64,000 nucleotides of DNA from assembly GCA_963665235.2 (NCBI GenBank), contig CAXXLX010000001.1:3648001-3712000 (forward strand). The letters run 5' to 3'. This document shows positions 29,573-39,132 of this stretch, one piece after another. Each line of letters starts with the position of its first letter. The stretch's first letter is position 1. The DNA is from Candidatus Poribacteria bacterium (GTDB lineage: Bacteria > Poribacteria > WGA-4E > WGA-3G). A model generated the notes under the pieces. That model saw nothing but the letters and a program-made list of their open reading frames with translations, was not told where the DNA came from and did no database searches. Position numbers and translations under genes: made by a program.

Positions 29573-29947
29573 CTTTGGACAATTTTAGGGTGTGTAAAGT
29601 CAAAGGGATAGATGGAAGGGTGGAAGAGTGGAAGGGTGGATTTCGCTTGTGTTGTCTGAATCACGGAAGGCACGGAGAACGGAGAGAACGCGGAATGGAA
29701 GGTGCGGAACAATCAAAGGTTTGTGATTATAGGTTAGGGTGTTGTTCTTTCTATAAAGATACCGCCCCGCTGGGGCTATTTTGTGGTGTGGTTGCGTTTT
29801 CTATAAAGATACCGCCCCGCTGGGGCTATGCTTTTGCACATTGGTGTCTCTTTTCTACTGTTTGTGTTTGTGTGAGCAACAGTGAGAAAAATCAGAAATG
29901 CTTTGAAAATCGGGCATCAGGCTCACGGATATTGTCCAAACTATAGT
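29573..29947. mobile_element. composite element: family-D shell (TTTGGACAAT...ATTGTCCAAA) enclosing a family-C end, octamers and two REP units
   Basis: inverted termini; 29573..29625 is mirrored at 49345..49402; CTATAAAGATACCGCCCCGCTGGGGCTA twice. Confidence 0.6.
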
Positions 29948-29977
29948 ATAATACCATTTCTAATTGAAAATGTCTCT

Positions 29978-30313
29978 TTCTTGTAGCATAAACTTCCAGT
30001 TTGTGCGGTTCTTGTAGCATAAACTTCCAGTTTGTGCGGTTCTTGTAGCATAAACTTCCAGTTTGTGCGGTTCTTGTAGCATAAACTTCCAGTTTGTGCG
30101 GTTCTTGTAGCATAAACTTCCAGTTTGTGCGATTCTTGTAGCATAAACTTTTAGTTTGTGCGGTTCTTGTAGCATAAACTTCCAGTTTGTGCGATTCTTG
30201 TAGCATAAACTTCCAGTTTGTGCGATTCTTGTAGCATAAACTTCCAGTTTGTGCGATTCTTGTAGCATAAACTTCCAGTTTGTGCGATTCTTGTAGCATA
30301 AACTTCCAGTTTG
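29978..30313. repeat. tandem array of a 31-bp GTAG REP-like hairpin unit, about 10.8 copies
   Basis: TTCTTGTAGCATAAACTTCCAGTTTGTGCG(G/A) with period 31 and no unique spacers. Confidence 0.97.
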
Positions 30314-30391
30314 GGTCTTCCGTTCTCCGTTTCATTTCTATTCTTGTGGAGACAACCGGTAATGATAGAATAATTAATAAAAATGGTATAA

Positions 30392-30505
30392 ATTAGCAAT
30401 TAGCAGCAATTGGCAAGAGATGTTGTGAGTCTAAGCAGGTTTATGACGCGCGTCAAAAACCTCTTCCTCTTGCTAATCGCCATTAGCCATTAGCCAATAG
30501 CCAAC
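30392..30505. repeat. family-F element flanked by TAGCAAT/TAGCCAT heptamers
   Basis: GCAAGAGATGTTGTGAGTCTAAGCAGGTTTATGACGCGCGTCA..CTCTTGCTAA; homologs at about 9070, 9240, 34005 (inverted) and 55940. Confidence 0.8.
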
Positions 30506-30514
30506 TAAACAGAT

Positions 30515-31906
30515 ATGCAAAACAGAACAACCCCTCTACCTCTCTATAAACAGGCTCGAAAATTAGATTTGCCGGAATCCTCGCTGCCCAGCGGTCATGC
30601 CCCTGTACGGAAGGTTTACATTGAAACCTACGGATGCCAGATGAACGTCAGTGATAGTGAACTGATAGCAGGCATCTTGACAGAAGCAGGGCACCAAACC
30701 GTTTCGGATATTGCGGACGCGGATGTTGTCTTACTCAATACGTGTGCTATTCGGGAGAACGCGGAGACGAAAGTCCTCAATCGGTTAGTGCATCTGAATC
30801 ATCGGAAGCGTCGGGACCGCAATCTGATTATCGGGGTTTGCGGTTGTATGGCGCAACATCTACGCACGCAGCTTTTGACAGCTGCCCCGTATGTAGATTT
30901 GGTCATGGGGCCAGATGCATATCGGAATTTACCGATGGCACTCAACGCTGTCGCAAATGGTGACCCGTTTCTCAGTTTACAGTTGGACAAAAGCGAGGAC
31001 TATGCCGATATTGCTCCGATTCGCAAAGAGGGAATTCGTGCCTGGCTTACTATTCAGCGCGGGTGTGATAAGATGTGTACCTTCTGCATTGTGCCATTTG
31101 TTCGTGGCAGAGAGCGCAGCCTCCCCCTGAAACTGCTCACTGAAGATGTGAAAAGACTTGTTGATGAAGGTTTCAAGGAAATCGTCCTGCTCGGTCAGAC
31201 GGTGAACTCCTACCACGATGGAACGCACGATTTCGGCGAGCTGCTATGGCGAGTCGCCGAGGTTGATGGCGTAGAGCGGGTTCGATTTACATCCCCCCAC
31301 CCTGCTGATGCGACGGATAGTATGCTTGATGCGATGGCAGATTGTCCACAAGTTTGTAACCAGCTGCATCTTCCGTTGCAATCAGGCTCAACCCGTGTAC
31401 TGGAGCGTATGCGTCGGACCTACACAGCCGAGGCATACCGGGAGCTCGTTGCCAAACTTCGGGAACGGGTGCCAAATATTGCGCTTTCGACAGATGTAAT
31501 TGTCGGTTTTTGTGGCGAAACCGAAGCAGATTTTAAACAAACCTACCAGCTCATGGCGGACATTCGATTCGATTCAGCGTTTATGTTCAAATATTCAGAG
31601 CGTGAGGGAACGCTTGCGAATAAAACGCTACCCGACGATGTTCCTGAAACAGAAAAGGCCAGACGCTTAAATGAAATTATCACCCTGCAAGAGAAAATCT
31701 CCGCGGATATCAATCAAGACAAACTCGGCACAATCGTTCCCGTTTTAGTTGAGGGAGAAAGCCGACGCGATGATGCCCAATACCACGGCAAAACAGATAC
31801 GTTCAAAACGACAGTCTTTCCGAAGGAAACTGCAGAACCCGGGGACATAGTAAACGTGAAAATCCACGCTGCGACTGCACATACGCTAATCGGAAAAATT
31901 GCTTGA
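30515..31906 (+). CDS. miaB: tRNA (i6A37) methylthiotransferase MiaB
   Basis: TYGCQMN, NTCAIRENAE, GCMAQ, radical SAM CDKMCTFC, RFTSPHP, TRAM domain. Confidence 0.97.
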   Translation: MQNRTTPLPLYKQARKLDLPESSLPSGHAPVRKVYIETYGCQMNVSDSELIAGILTEAGHQTVSDIADADVVLLNTCAIRENAETKVLNRLVHLNHRKRRDRNLIIGVCGCMAQHLRTQLLTAAPYVDLVMGPDAYRNLPMALNAVANGDPFLSLQLDKSEDYADIAPIRKEGIRAWLTIQRGCDKMCTFCIVPFVRGRERSLPLKLLTEDVKRLVDEGFKEIVLLGQTVNSYHDGTHDFGELLWRVAEVDGVERVRFTSPHPADATDSMLDAMADCPQVCNQLHLPLQSGSTRVLERMRRTYTAEAYRELVAKLRERVPNIALSTDVIVGFCGETEADFKQTYQLMADIRFDSAFMFKYSEREGTLANKTLPDDVPETEKARRLNEIITLQEKISADINQDKLGTIVPVLVEGESRRDDAQYHGKTDTFKTTVFPKETAEPGDIVNVKIHAATAHTLIGKIA

Positions 31907-31931
31907 TGGAAGACGGTTTTTCGTGAAAAAT

Positions 31932-32720
31932 ATGCAAAAAATTAGAATTAAAAACAGAACAGAAATCGAGAAGATGCGGCAGAGCGGGCAAGCGGCAGCC
32001 AAGGTGCTGCACGCTATCGCGAATGCAATTGAGCCTGGGGTCTCTACATATCACTTGGACATGGTGTCCCGCAAAGCGATTGCTGAACATAATGCAGCCT
32101 CCTCCTTTCTGGGGTATAAATTTCCGGACCACAGCCCATATCCTGGGACAATTTGTGCCTCTGTCAATGACGTGGTCATTCACGGTATTCCGAATAAGGC
32201 AGAGAAGCTGATGGATGGGGACATTATCGGTGTGGATACTGCGGTAAGCGTTGGGGGTTTTCATGGCGATAACGCGTTCACTTTTCCTGTCGGAAACATC
32301 TCCGGCGATGCCCAAAGATTACTAGATGTGTCGAAAGCTTCCCTCTATGCGGCAATTTCAGCGGCGACACCCGGTAACCGCATAGGGGATGTCTCTTTTC
32401 AACTACAAACTGTTGCAGAGTCCGCCGGGTTTTCTGTCATTAAGAATTTTGCTGGACACGGTATCGGGCGCCGCCTCCATGAAGGGCCCGAAATACCGGC
32501 CGTAGGCACACCAGGCCGCGGGCCCCGACTGAAACCGGGGATGGTGCTCGCCATTGAAGCGATGGTGAATGCGGGAGACTCAGACGTAGAAGTTTTAGAG
32601 GATGGATGGGGCATCGTAACATCAGATGGCAGTCTATCCGCCTTTTTTGAACATACTGTGGTTGTGCTCTCAGATGGGCCCGAAATTCTAACAGGAGGTC
32701 CGATATGGCAAGACCTATAA
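31932..32720 (+). CDS. map: type I methionine aminopeptidase
   Basis: ICASVND.VIHGIP, GHGIG..LHE, SAFFEHT. Confidence 0.96.
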   Translation: MQKIRIKNRTEIEKMRQSGQAAAKVLHAIANAIEPGVSTYHLDMVSRKAIAEHNAASSFLGYKFPDHSPYPGTICASVNDVVIHGIPNKAEKLMDGDIIGVDTAVSVGGFHGDNAFTFPVGNISGDAQRLLDVSKASLYAAISAATPGNRIGDVSFQLQTVAESAGFSVIKNFAGHGIGRRLHEGPEIPAVGTPGRGPRLKPGMVLAIEAMVNAGDSDVEVLEDGWGIVTSDGSLSAFFEHTVVVLSDGPEILTGGPIWQDL

Positions 32721-33472
32721 CTGCTATCAGTTCCGCGTACCGTTCCTTGCAGGCTTCTGTTGTCAGGGAGGTTAGTGAAATATTCTCGGTATTTCGCCTT
32801 TTATATCGTTCCCGGTTAGCTTTCGCTATCGCTGCAACGCTGCTATTCATCGCCATCTATTTCATCTTCAGCTACGCAGCAGTTGAAAAAGAGATGTTAG
32901 AGGTCCAGAAAATCTTCTACTTTCACGTTTCAGCGGCGATGACTGTCTATATAGCGTTCGGCGTCAATTTCCTATTTAGCATCAAATACCTGATACAACG
33001 GGAATCCGATGATGATTTGTTGGCGGCTGCGGCAGCAGAAATAGGGCTTGTCTTTTGTACTATTGTCCTACTTTCAGGGCCGATTTGGGCAAAATATGCT
33101 TGGAATACTTGGTGGAACTGGGAGGCGCGTCTTACAACTACGCTCGTGCTCTACCTTATGTATATTGGATATTTCATTCTTCGCTCCGCTTTGGCTGAGG
33201 ACAAACGCAAAACCTATTCGGCTGTTATAGGGATTATAGCCTTTTTTGATGTGCCAATTGTCCATTACGCTACAAAATTGTGGGACGAAAGAGCACATCC
33301 GGGGCGTGGCGCGAAATTGGACGTAGCCCCAACAATGTTACACACTTGGGTTTTAGTCTTCATAACATTCATTGTACTGTTTACACTGCTATTCATCCTG
33401 CAGCACCAGATTAGAAAGACAGAGGCACGATATGAATTGGTGCACAGAAAACATCTAGAGGAGCCCTCCTAA
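32705..33472 (+). CDS. ccmC: heme exporter/cytochrome c maturation CcmC (CcsA family)
   Basis: FYFHV, GPIWAKYAWNTWWNWEARLTT (WWD domain), PIVH. Confidence 0.88.
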   Translation: MARPITAISSAYRSLQASVVREVSEIFSVFRLLYRSRLAFAIAATLLFIAIYFIFSYAAVEKEMLEVQKIFYFHVSAAMTVYIAFGVNFLFSIKYLIQRESDDDLLAAAAAEIGLVFCTIVLLSGPIWAKYAWNTWWNWEARLTTTLVLYLMYIGYFILRSALAEDKRKTYSAVIGIIAFFDVPIVHYATKLWDERAHPGRGAKLDVAPTMLHTWVLVFITFIVLFTLLFILQHQIRKTEARYELVHRKHLEEPS

Positions 33473-33831
33473 TGCGAATTATAGTTTTAATAAGTTTTCT
33501 AATCGTTTTGGGGCTGCTGTTCGCGGCAATTCAGGTGCCAACTATAGACCGTACCAAACATATTGAACCCGCCATCAAAGCAGCCATATCGGAATCCCAA
33601 GTAAGTCCAGCAGATGAAAACATTGTAACGCGAGCCGTTATCCTTTCAGTTGAAAAATTAGAAGCTTCACAACGCACACGTCTCAAATACCTTGTCTCCG
33701 CCTACCTCGTTATATGGTTGGTATTTATGCTTTACCTGCTCCGGTTAGGACAGCAGCAGCGAGTCCTAGACAAACGTCTCACCCAATTGGAGCAAGAAAC
33801 AGCCGACAGTGAAACGGACGCTGGAACCTAA
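33472..33831 (+). CDS. CcmD-like protein with an N-terminal extension
   Basis: YL.SAY..IW...YL..L TM followed by a charged coil, directly after ccmC. Confidence 0.65.
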   Translation: MRIIVLISFLIVLGLLFAAIQVPTIDRTKHIEPAIKAAISESQVSPADENIVTRAVILSVEKLEASQRTRLKYLVSAYLVIWLVFMLYLLRLGQQQRVLDKRLTQLEQETADSETDAGT

Positions 33832-34093
33832 TTCCCATACCCATTTCCTAGTAGACACGTTTCCCCCAATCGCGCGTTATTCCATTTTTTACTATCTTTT
33901 TTGACCGAGCAGTCTCTATATAAGCAGAAGCATGAAAAATTGACTGTTTTTGTGATATGTGCTATTATTTTAGAATAGCGATTGGCTATTGGCTATTGGC
34001 GATTAGCAAGAAATGTCTGACGTGTGTCAAAAATTTGCTTAGAATCACAACCTTTTGCTAATTGCCTTTTCGTTAACGCGCTAATAGCCAATC

Positions 34094-34315
34094 AACGTGA
34101 GTTTGAAAAAAGTTTCATCTAGTATGAAGAGCGTGCTGTTTGCCCGAATACTGGGCGAGAAACCCGCTTCTTAGGGGCGATATGTTTATAGGCATCTGGG
34201 TTTCCGTCCCAACTTAGTCCCGTAGGGACGATATGTTTATAGAAGCCGTTTCCGTCCCAACTTAGTCCCAGTATTCGGGCAAGCAGCCCGCTCTTTAAGG
34301 ACGATATGTTTATAA
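34094..34315. mobile_element. nested repeats: family-B end, a shell with 29-bp inverted repeats (34127..34295) and GTCCC-GTA-GGGAC REP units
   Basis: AAGAGCGTGCTGTTTGCCCGAATACTGGG / CCCAGTATTCGGGCAAGCAGCCCGCTCTT (27/29 complementary). Confidence 0.7.
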
Positions 34316-34330
34316 AGGAGGTCGAATATA

Positions 34331-35923
34331 ATGCCTAAACATGATGAATTCAGGGGGGTTGTTAGCACGCTTAAGTCCGCTTCGTCGACCATTAGTGCTG
34401 AACAGCGTATTGGACTTCTCCGGCAAGCGGTACAGCAGTATGACCTCTCCGTTGATGAGGCATCTAAAATTATAGAGGAATCTGGCCTAGTTGTTGGTGA
34501 AAAGGTAAACTATTTTGCGACGCTGGAACTTTCTATTGAAGAACTTGAAGGTCAAAGCGAATCGGATATAGCGGCACGCGTCGATGATGCCCATAACCAA
34601 CGTTATAACGCCTCATTACAGGCCGGCGGACGGGTCCGCCCGGATGGCAGGAGTGAAGAGCAGTGGCGCGTTCTCTTGAATCAGGCACGGGATACCCTAA
34701 AAGACCCTCAAAAACGACAGGAACACATCGCTAACCTACAGCGAGATAAGGACGATGTTGCTCTAAACGGAGAAGCACGCCTCCTCTTTAAATTTTCTGA
34801 CGGTGTCGAAGCCACCAGCATACCCCAACTTGCAGACTTGATGATTAAAAATGCAAAGGAGGCCACCGATGCCCTCTATCGTGGGTACCTGGAGCAAAGC
34901 CTCGGAAGAGCTGGCGAAATGCACTTCGCCAGCGCAGCACGAGCCGCCACCGAGGAATTTGCCGACAATCCTGAACTCGGCCTCGAGGCGATGGTCAAAG
35001 TCCTACAGCGAAAGATAACGTTTGAGCACGGAATTAAAGCCCAAACCCTCGGACAAGCCGGTCAAAAGATAGAGGTACAGAAACAGAATGAAGCCCGAAC
35101 CCCTGAACAAATCGCACAGATGATCGATTCAAATTGGGAACAGGCAAAAGGTTTCTTATATAGCGGGTTCATGGCTTACTACCTTGAGTACACCGAACAA
35201 ACACAATTGGCAAGTATCGCAAAAGAAATAACTAACCGTTACAGTGCCGAAAAAGACATGGGTTTGGAGATGTTAGTTCAAGAGCTTGACCCGCATATTG
35301 GGAAACCAGAACCGGTACTCAGTCAGACCCGTATCGATTTCGGCAACGTTGATACGGAAACGCGAAAAACGATGCGTCTACAGATTACAAACGCCGGACG
35401 TGGATTCCTCTACGGTGATGTTCAATTAGCAGATGAAATATCCGGATTTCAGGTGTCGTCATCCCCCATCCGGGGGGAAGGGCTCGCTACTATCGAACTT
35501 GATGCAAGGCACCTTACCGTCAAACGGATGCACGAGCCTAAGTTGGTTTTTAGCACTAACGGCGGCGAGTTGCAGGTACCCATCTCCTGCTATGTTGATT
35601 ATCTAGTTATGAAATCAATTCACCGGGTCGGTTTAAGTAGTGCCTCAGTGGGAGCTATAACCCTTATGACGTGTCTAATAATCCTGCTGCTTGAGCGGCC
35701 TGGATGGTTAACGGCCCGCTTGACACCGGGAGGTTTCGTAGATTGGTCACAGTATTGGGGGTGGCTCTGGACCGAATGGGGTGAGTGGTTCATGGTGGGG
35801 TGGCCGGTCTACAGGCTCATTTCACCGGCGGCAGGCTTTGGATTTGTCCTTGCGTTAGTCTCGCTAGGCGTAGGCATTTTTCTCTATTGGTACCATTTCT
35901 TTAAGAAAAGAAGGATACGCTGA
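34331..35923 (+). CDS. membrane protein with a degenerate J-like domain, helical repeats and an Ig-like domain
   Basis: NYFATL..RPDG..LLNQARDTLKDPQKRQEH; IDFGNV..ITNAGRG.L.G; two C-terminal TMs. Confidence 0.7.
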   Translation: MPKHDEFRGVVSTLKSASSTISAEQRIGLLRQAVQQYDLSVDEASKIIEESGLVVGEKVNYFATLELSIEELEGQSESDIAARVDDAHNQRYNASLQAGGRVRPDGRSEEQWRVLLNQARDTLKDPQKRQEHIANLQRDKDDVALNGEARLLFKFSDGVEATSIPQLADLMIKNAKEATDALYRGYLEQSLGRAGEMHFASAARAATEEFADNPELGLEAMVKVLQRKITFEHGIKAQTLGQAGQKIEVQKQNEARTPEQIAQMIDSNWEQAKGFLYSGFMAYYLEYTEQTQLASIAKEITNRYSAEKDMGLEMLVQELDPHIGKPEPVLSQTRIDFGNVDTETRKTMRLQITNAGRGFLYGDVQLADEISGFQVSSSPIRGEGLATIELDARHLTVKRMHEPKLVFSTNGGELQVPISCYVDYLVMKSIHRVGLSSASVGAITLMTCLIILLLERPGWLTARLTPGGFVDWSQYWGWLWTEWGEWFMVGWPVYRLISPAAGFGFVLALVSLGVGIFLYWYHFFKKRRIR

Positions 35924-36810
35924 TGATTTGGGCAGTTTCCATTAAACAAGCATTTCTAACACTGAATGTCAATCGGAAACTTATCGGTATTGCCCTTATT
36001 TCGGTGGTGTTCGGCAAAATCATCGACCTCATCGAGCAGTTTACGGACAAGACGTTGTACGGATTGATTGCTGCAAGTGTTAAAACAGAAGTTCTTCAGG
36101 CTGCCTTTGAAAACATGCAGGCGGGACGTTTTGACGAGGGGCTCCGGACATTCAACAGTATGGCGTATCTCAACTTGGAAGAACCGCAATTTCTGCTCGT
36201 TGTCGTAGGTCTCCTGATAGGTGCATTTCTAATCGCCTTCTATAACGATACAGGTTTAGCTGCCCTCATTCGGGACCTACTCGTCAAAAACAGCTACCGG
36301 TCAGCACAGGTTATCGCCTACGGCCGGATATATTTCAAGCCAGCGTTCCTCTTCAAAGGTTCATTTTACATAATCACTGCGCTTGTGCTTGTCGTAATTT
36401 CGCCCGTGCTGTTTGTTATTTATCACCTGCTAACTTCTGTGCTTTTCGCATGGATAACAATTGCGCTCTGTCTTCTACCGCTATTTGTCATTTACATCGG
36501 TTTTCAATCACTGGGGATGAAGTTTATCATTATTGAAGGAGAACAACGTGTTCGAACACTCTATCGACTTACCAAATCCTTCATGCTGGATAACCGAAGA
36601 GAGGTCGGCGCATGTTTTCTCTTTATGGCGTTGGTGACTGTTGGCTCAACAATCGGTGTTTACTATCTTATGGGGAGTCAACTCCAATTTCTTATCAGTT
36701 ATTCGCTAAGTATTTTTCTGCTCTCTTATATAACGGTGCTCCTGAAAATCACCAGCTTTGTTTTTTATCTCTTAATCCGAGATAAACAGAGTGCAATTGA
36801 TTTATCTTAA
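35923..36810 (+). CDS. polytopic membrane protein
   Basis: about six hydrophobic segments; operonic. Confidence 0.85.
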   Translation: MIWAVSIKQAFLTLNVNRKLIGIALISVVFGKIIDLIEQFTDKTLYGLIAASVKTEVLQAAFENMQAGRFDEGLRTFNSMAYLNLEEPQFLLVVVGLLIGAFLIAFYNDTGLAALIRDLLVKNSYRSAQVIAYGRIYFKPAFLFKGSFYIITALVLVVISPVLFVIYHLLTSVLFAWITIALCLLPLFVIYIGFQSLGMKFIIIEGEQRVRTLYRLTKSFMLDNRREVGACFLFMALVTVGSTIGVYYLMGSQLQFLISYSLSIFLLSYITVLLKITSFVFYLLIRDKQSAIDLS

Positions 36811-36824
36811 GGAGGTTGCTAATT

Positions 36825-38000
36825 ATGTCTGAAATCTTAGGTGTTGCTATCGTTATTGCAATTATCGCCTTTATCGTTTGGCTTGTCGGTGTTGTTATTG
36901 CTATAGCCCTTTTCGTGGTTATTGTTATTCCGTTCTACGTTATCGTAAGTATATATGCCGTTGTGAAATTCATCGCTCTGAATATATTTGTGATGCTGGA
37001 TACATTCTTTTATCTCGGATTTGATGTCCCTGTTTTTGTCTCTTGGGTGTTCTGGGGACTTGTAATAGGGGCAGCAATTCAGGGATACCGAGAACTGAGG
37101 ATTTATGGACAAAAACGGCTAAGCATTTTAGTGGCGATTACCCCCGTGCTCTTGCTAGTTCTGTTCAGCGGCTTCAAAATCGCGAGCGACCGTTTTATTG
37201 ATACCGCGAACAAGCCTTCTATTGACATTGAAGCGGGGACAAAATCCGCGCCTTCCGAGCTTCTCATTCCTAAAGGCATGGTACTGATTCCCGCAGGCGA
37301 ATTTGAGATGGGAAGCAGCAACGGGGCGGACGATGAAAAACCTGTCCATACTGTGTACGTTGATGCCTTCCATATCGATAAATACGAGGTGACAAATGCC
37401 GAATATGTAACGTTTCTCAACACCCCAGGTGTTAGGAGCTACAGCTTCATAAATCCAGCATCGCATCGGATTAGGTATATCAATCAAAAATACTATGTAC
37501 AACCGGGCTATGAAAACTATCCTATATCTGGTATTCCGTGGCAGGGGGCAATGGCGTACGCCGCATCGGTAGGGAAACGTTTACCGACAGAGGCAGAATG
37601 GGAGAAGGCAGCACGGGGCGGGTTGGTAGGCAAGAGATTTCCATGGGGGGATACGATTGATGCCAGCAAGGCAAACTACGACTGGCATATTGAAGAGACT
37701 ACACCCGTAGGGAAATATTCAGCCAACGGATATGGGCTCTACGATATGGCAGGTAACGTCGAAGAGTGGTGTTTGGATGAATATAATGAAAATTTTTATG
37801 CGAATTCTCCTTATGAGAACCCAGTTGCTGGGGGCTCTATAATATCCATTATAGATGAGCCTGCAGCAGTCAAACGTGTGTTACGCGGCGGTAGTTTGTC
37901 CGACGGCGAGCGAGAAGTGCAGTGTGCCAGCAGGGCCATTTATAGCAACTTTGCGGGGTTTCGTTGTGTGAAACCAGTTCCACCTGCAGCTGTGGACTAA
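36825..38000 (+). CDS. membrane-anchored FGE-sulfatase (SUMF1/EgtB/PvdO) domain protein
   Basis: GEFEMGS, KYEVTN, RLPTEAEWEKAARGG, GLYDMAGNV.EW, RGG..GFRC. Confidence 0.92.
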   Translation: MSEILGVAIVIAIIAFIVWLVGVVIAIALFVVIVIPFYVIVSIYAVVKFIALNIFVMLDTFFYLGFDVPVFVSWVFWGLVIGAAIQGYRELRIYGQKRLSILVAITPVLLLVLFSGFKIASDRFIDTANKPSIDIEAGTKSAPSELLIPKGMVLIPAGEFEMGSSNGADDEKPVHTVYVDAFHIDKYEVTNAEYVTFLNTPGVRSYSFINPASHRIRYINQKYYVQPGYENYPISGIPWQGAMAYAASVGKRLPTEAEWEKAARGGLVGKRFPWGDTIDASKANYDWHIEETTPVGKYSANGYGLYDMAGNVEEWCLDEYNENFYANSPYENPVAGGSIISIIDEPAAVKRVLRGGSLSDGEREVQCASRAIYSNFAGFRCVKPVPPAAVD

Positions 38001-38779
38001 TTTTTCTGTTTTTTAATCTCGGGCATCTCCGGCCAATTGTGTTCTGGTGTGTATCCGAGCTCTTTTTCCGCCTGCTGCCAGTCAAAGCGGGAGTCGGTAC
38101 GTCCTGCGACGGCATTATACGCACCATAGCTCACCGTTTCGGTTTCAATTGCGCGTGCAACACATTGTGCAACATCCCGCGGTTCAACGTAAACGAACCA
38201 TGGGGCTGTCACGGTTTGAGGGGCTGTCGGGCCAGGGTTATGCCCATCCCCCGCAATAACGCCAGGGCGGATATGAATCACGTTCAATCCGTGCGCCTGA
38301 TGATACGCTAACCCAATCTGTTCACCTATGTGTTTCGACAGCGAATAGTAAAGGTCACCTGCTCCGAAACGGAACGGGTCGCCAACCTTATACGGTAATT
38401 CTGCATCCGGGGCTGGTGGGCACGCTGAAATGCTGGAGATGTTAACCAATTTTTGTACACCCTGTCGGACACATGCCTCTGCCACATTCCATGTGCCTTT
38501 TACCATAACATCTGCATAGAGCGATAGGGGTTTACCGTGCCGTTCGCGTACTAAGGCGACGAGGTGAACGACAGCATCCTGCCCTGCACACGCTGCTTCA
38601 ATTTCATCGGCATTCGTTATGTCTGCCTTGATGAAAGGCATCTCAGCCGACCTGCTTTGAGTAGGTTCGACAAGGTCGGTGAGTGTGAGTTGATATGTTG
38701 TGTGCAACCGTTCGATAATAAACTGCGCAAGGTATCCGGATGCTCCCGTGATTAGGATTTTTTCAACGGTTTCCATCAA
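37997..38779 (-). CDS. NAD-dependent epimerase/dehydratase
   Basis: ITGASGYL, YSLSK. Confidence 0.9.
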   Translation of the reverse strand: MMETVEKILITGASGYLAQFIIERLHTTYQLTLTDLVEPTQSRSAEMPFIKADITNADEIEAACAGQDAVVHLVALVRERHGKPLSLYADVMVKGTWNVAEACVRQGVQKLVNISSISACPPAPDAELPYKVGDPFRFGAGDLYYSLSKHIGEQIGLAYHQAHGLNVIHIRPGVIAGDGHNPGPTAPQTVTAPWFVYVEPRDVAQCVARAIETETVSYGAYNAVAGRTDSRFDWQQAEKELGYTPEHNWPEMPEIKKQKN

Positions 38780-38787
38780 TTTTTGTC

Positions 38788-39132
38788 CTATCGGTTTCCG
38801 AAGGGGGTTTCAGCATAGAGCGTCTCGTTGAAACCGACGAAAAAGACCTCCCCGATTTGCAGGGTCGGTGCGCGTAGGTTTCCGCTTCTGCCGATTACCG
38901 CCTTCAAAATAGATTCCTGCGTCTCAGCAGCTGGTACAAATGTTTCCACGCTTCTCCCCTTCGCTACTATGATACGTTTTGCAGTGCCCATTAAATTCCA
39001 TACCGCTGCTGCATCTAGTTTCTCTTTTCGTGCATCGGAGCGGTTTTCTGTCTTTACGTCATGTGCGTCAAGCAACGCTTGAACCTTTTTGCACGAGTTT
39101 CAGCCGTTCCGAAAATAGAGCCAGTCTACCAT
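38788..39132 (-). CDS. ArsC/Spx-fold selenoprotein (UxxC), 114 aa
   Basis: ATG 39132 overlaps the upstream TAA; MVDWLYFRNG-TGA-NSCKK; C-terminal GRSGNLRAPT..VGFN. Confidence 0.88.
39063..39094 (-). promoter_or_regulatory. candidate bacterial SECIS hairpin
   Basis: GTGC-AAAAAGGT-TCAAGC-GTT-GCTTGA-C-GCAC just 3' of the in-frame UGA. Confidence 0.7.

Noticed and set aside
29978-30313. CRISPR array, or the repeat-protein ORFs 29892..30399
   Set aside because: It is a pure 31-bp tandem with no spacers; the ORFs in all three minus frames are a by-product of a nearly stop-free unit
30392-30505. Riboswitch upstream of miaB
   Set aside because: The same element lies before unrelated genes in both orientations
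32705-33831. Novel minimal cytochrome c maturation system
   Set aside because: ccm genes are often split across loci; the rest may lie outside the window
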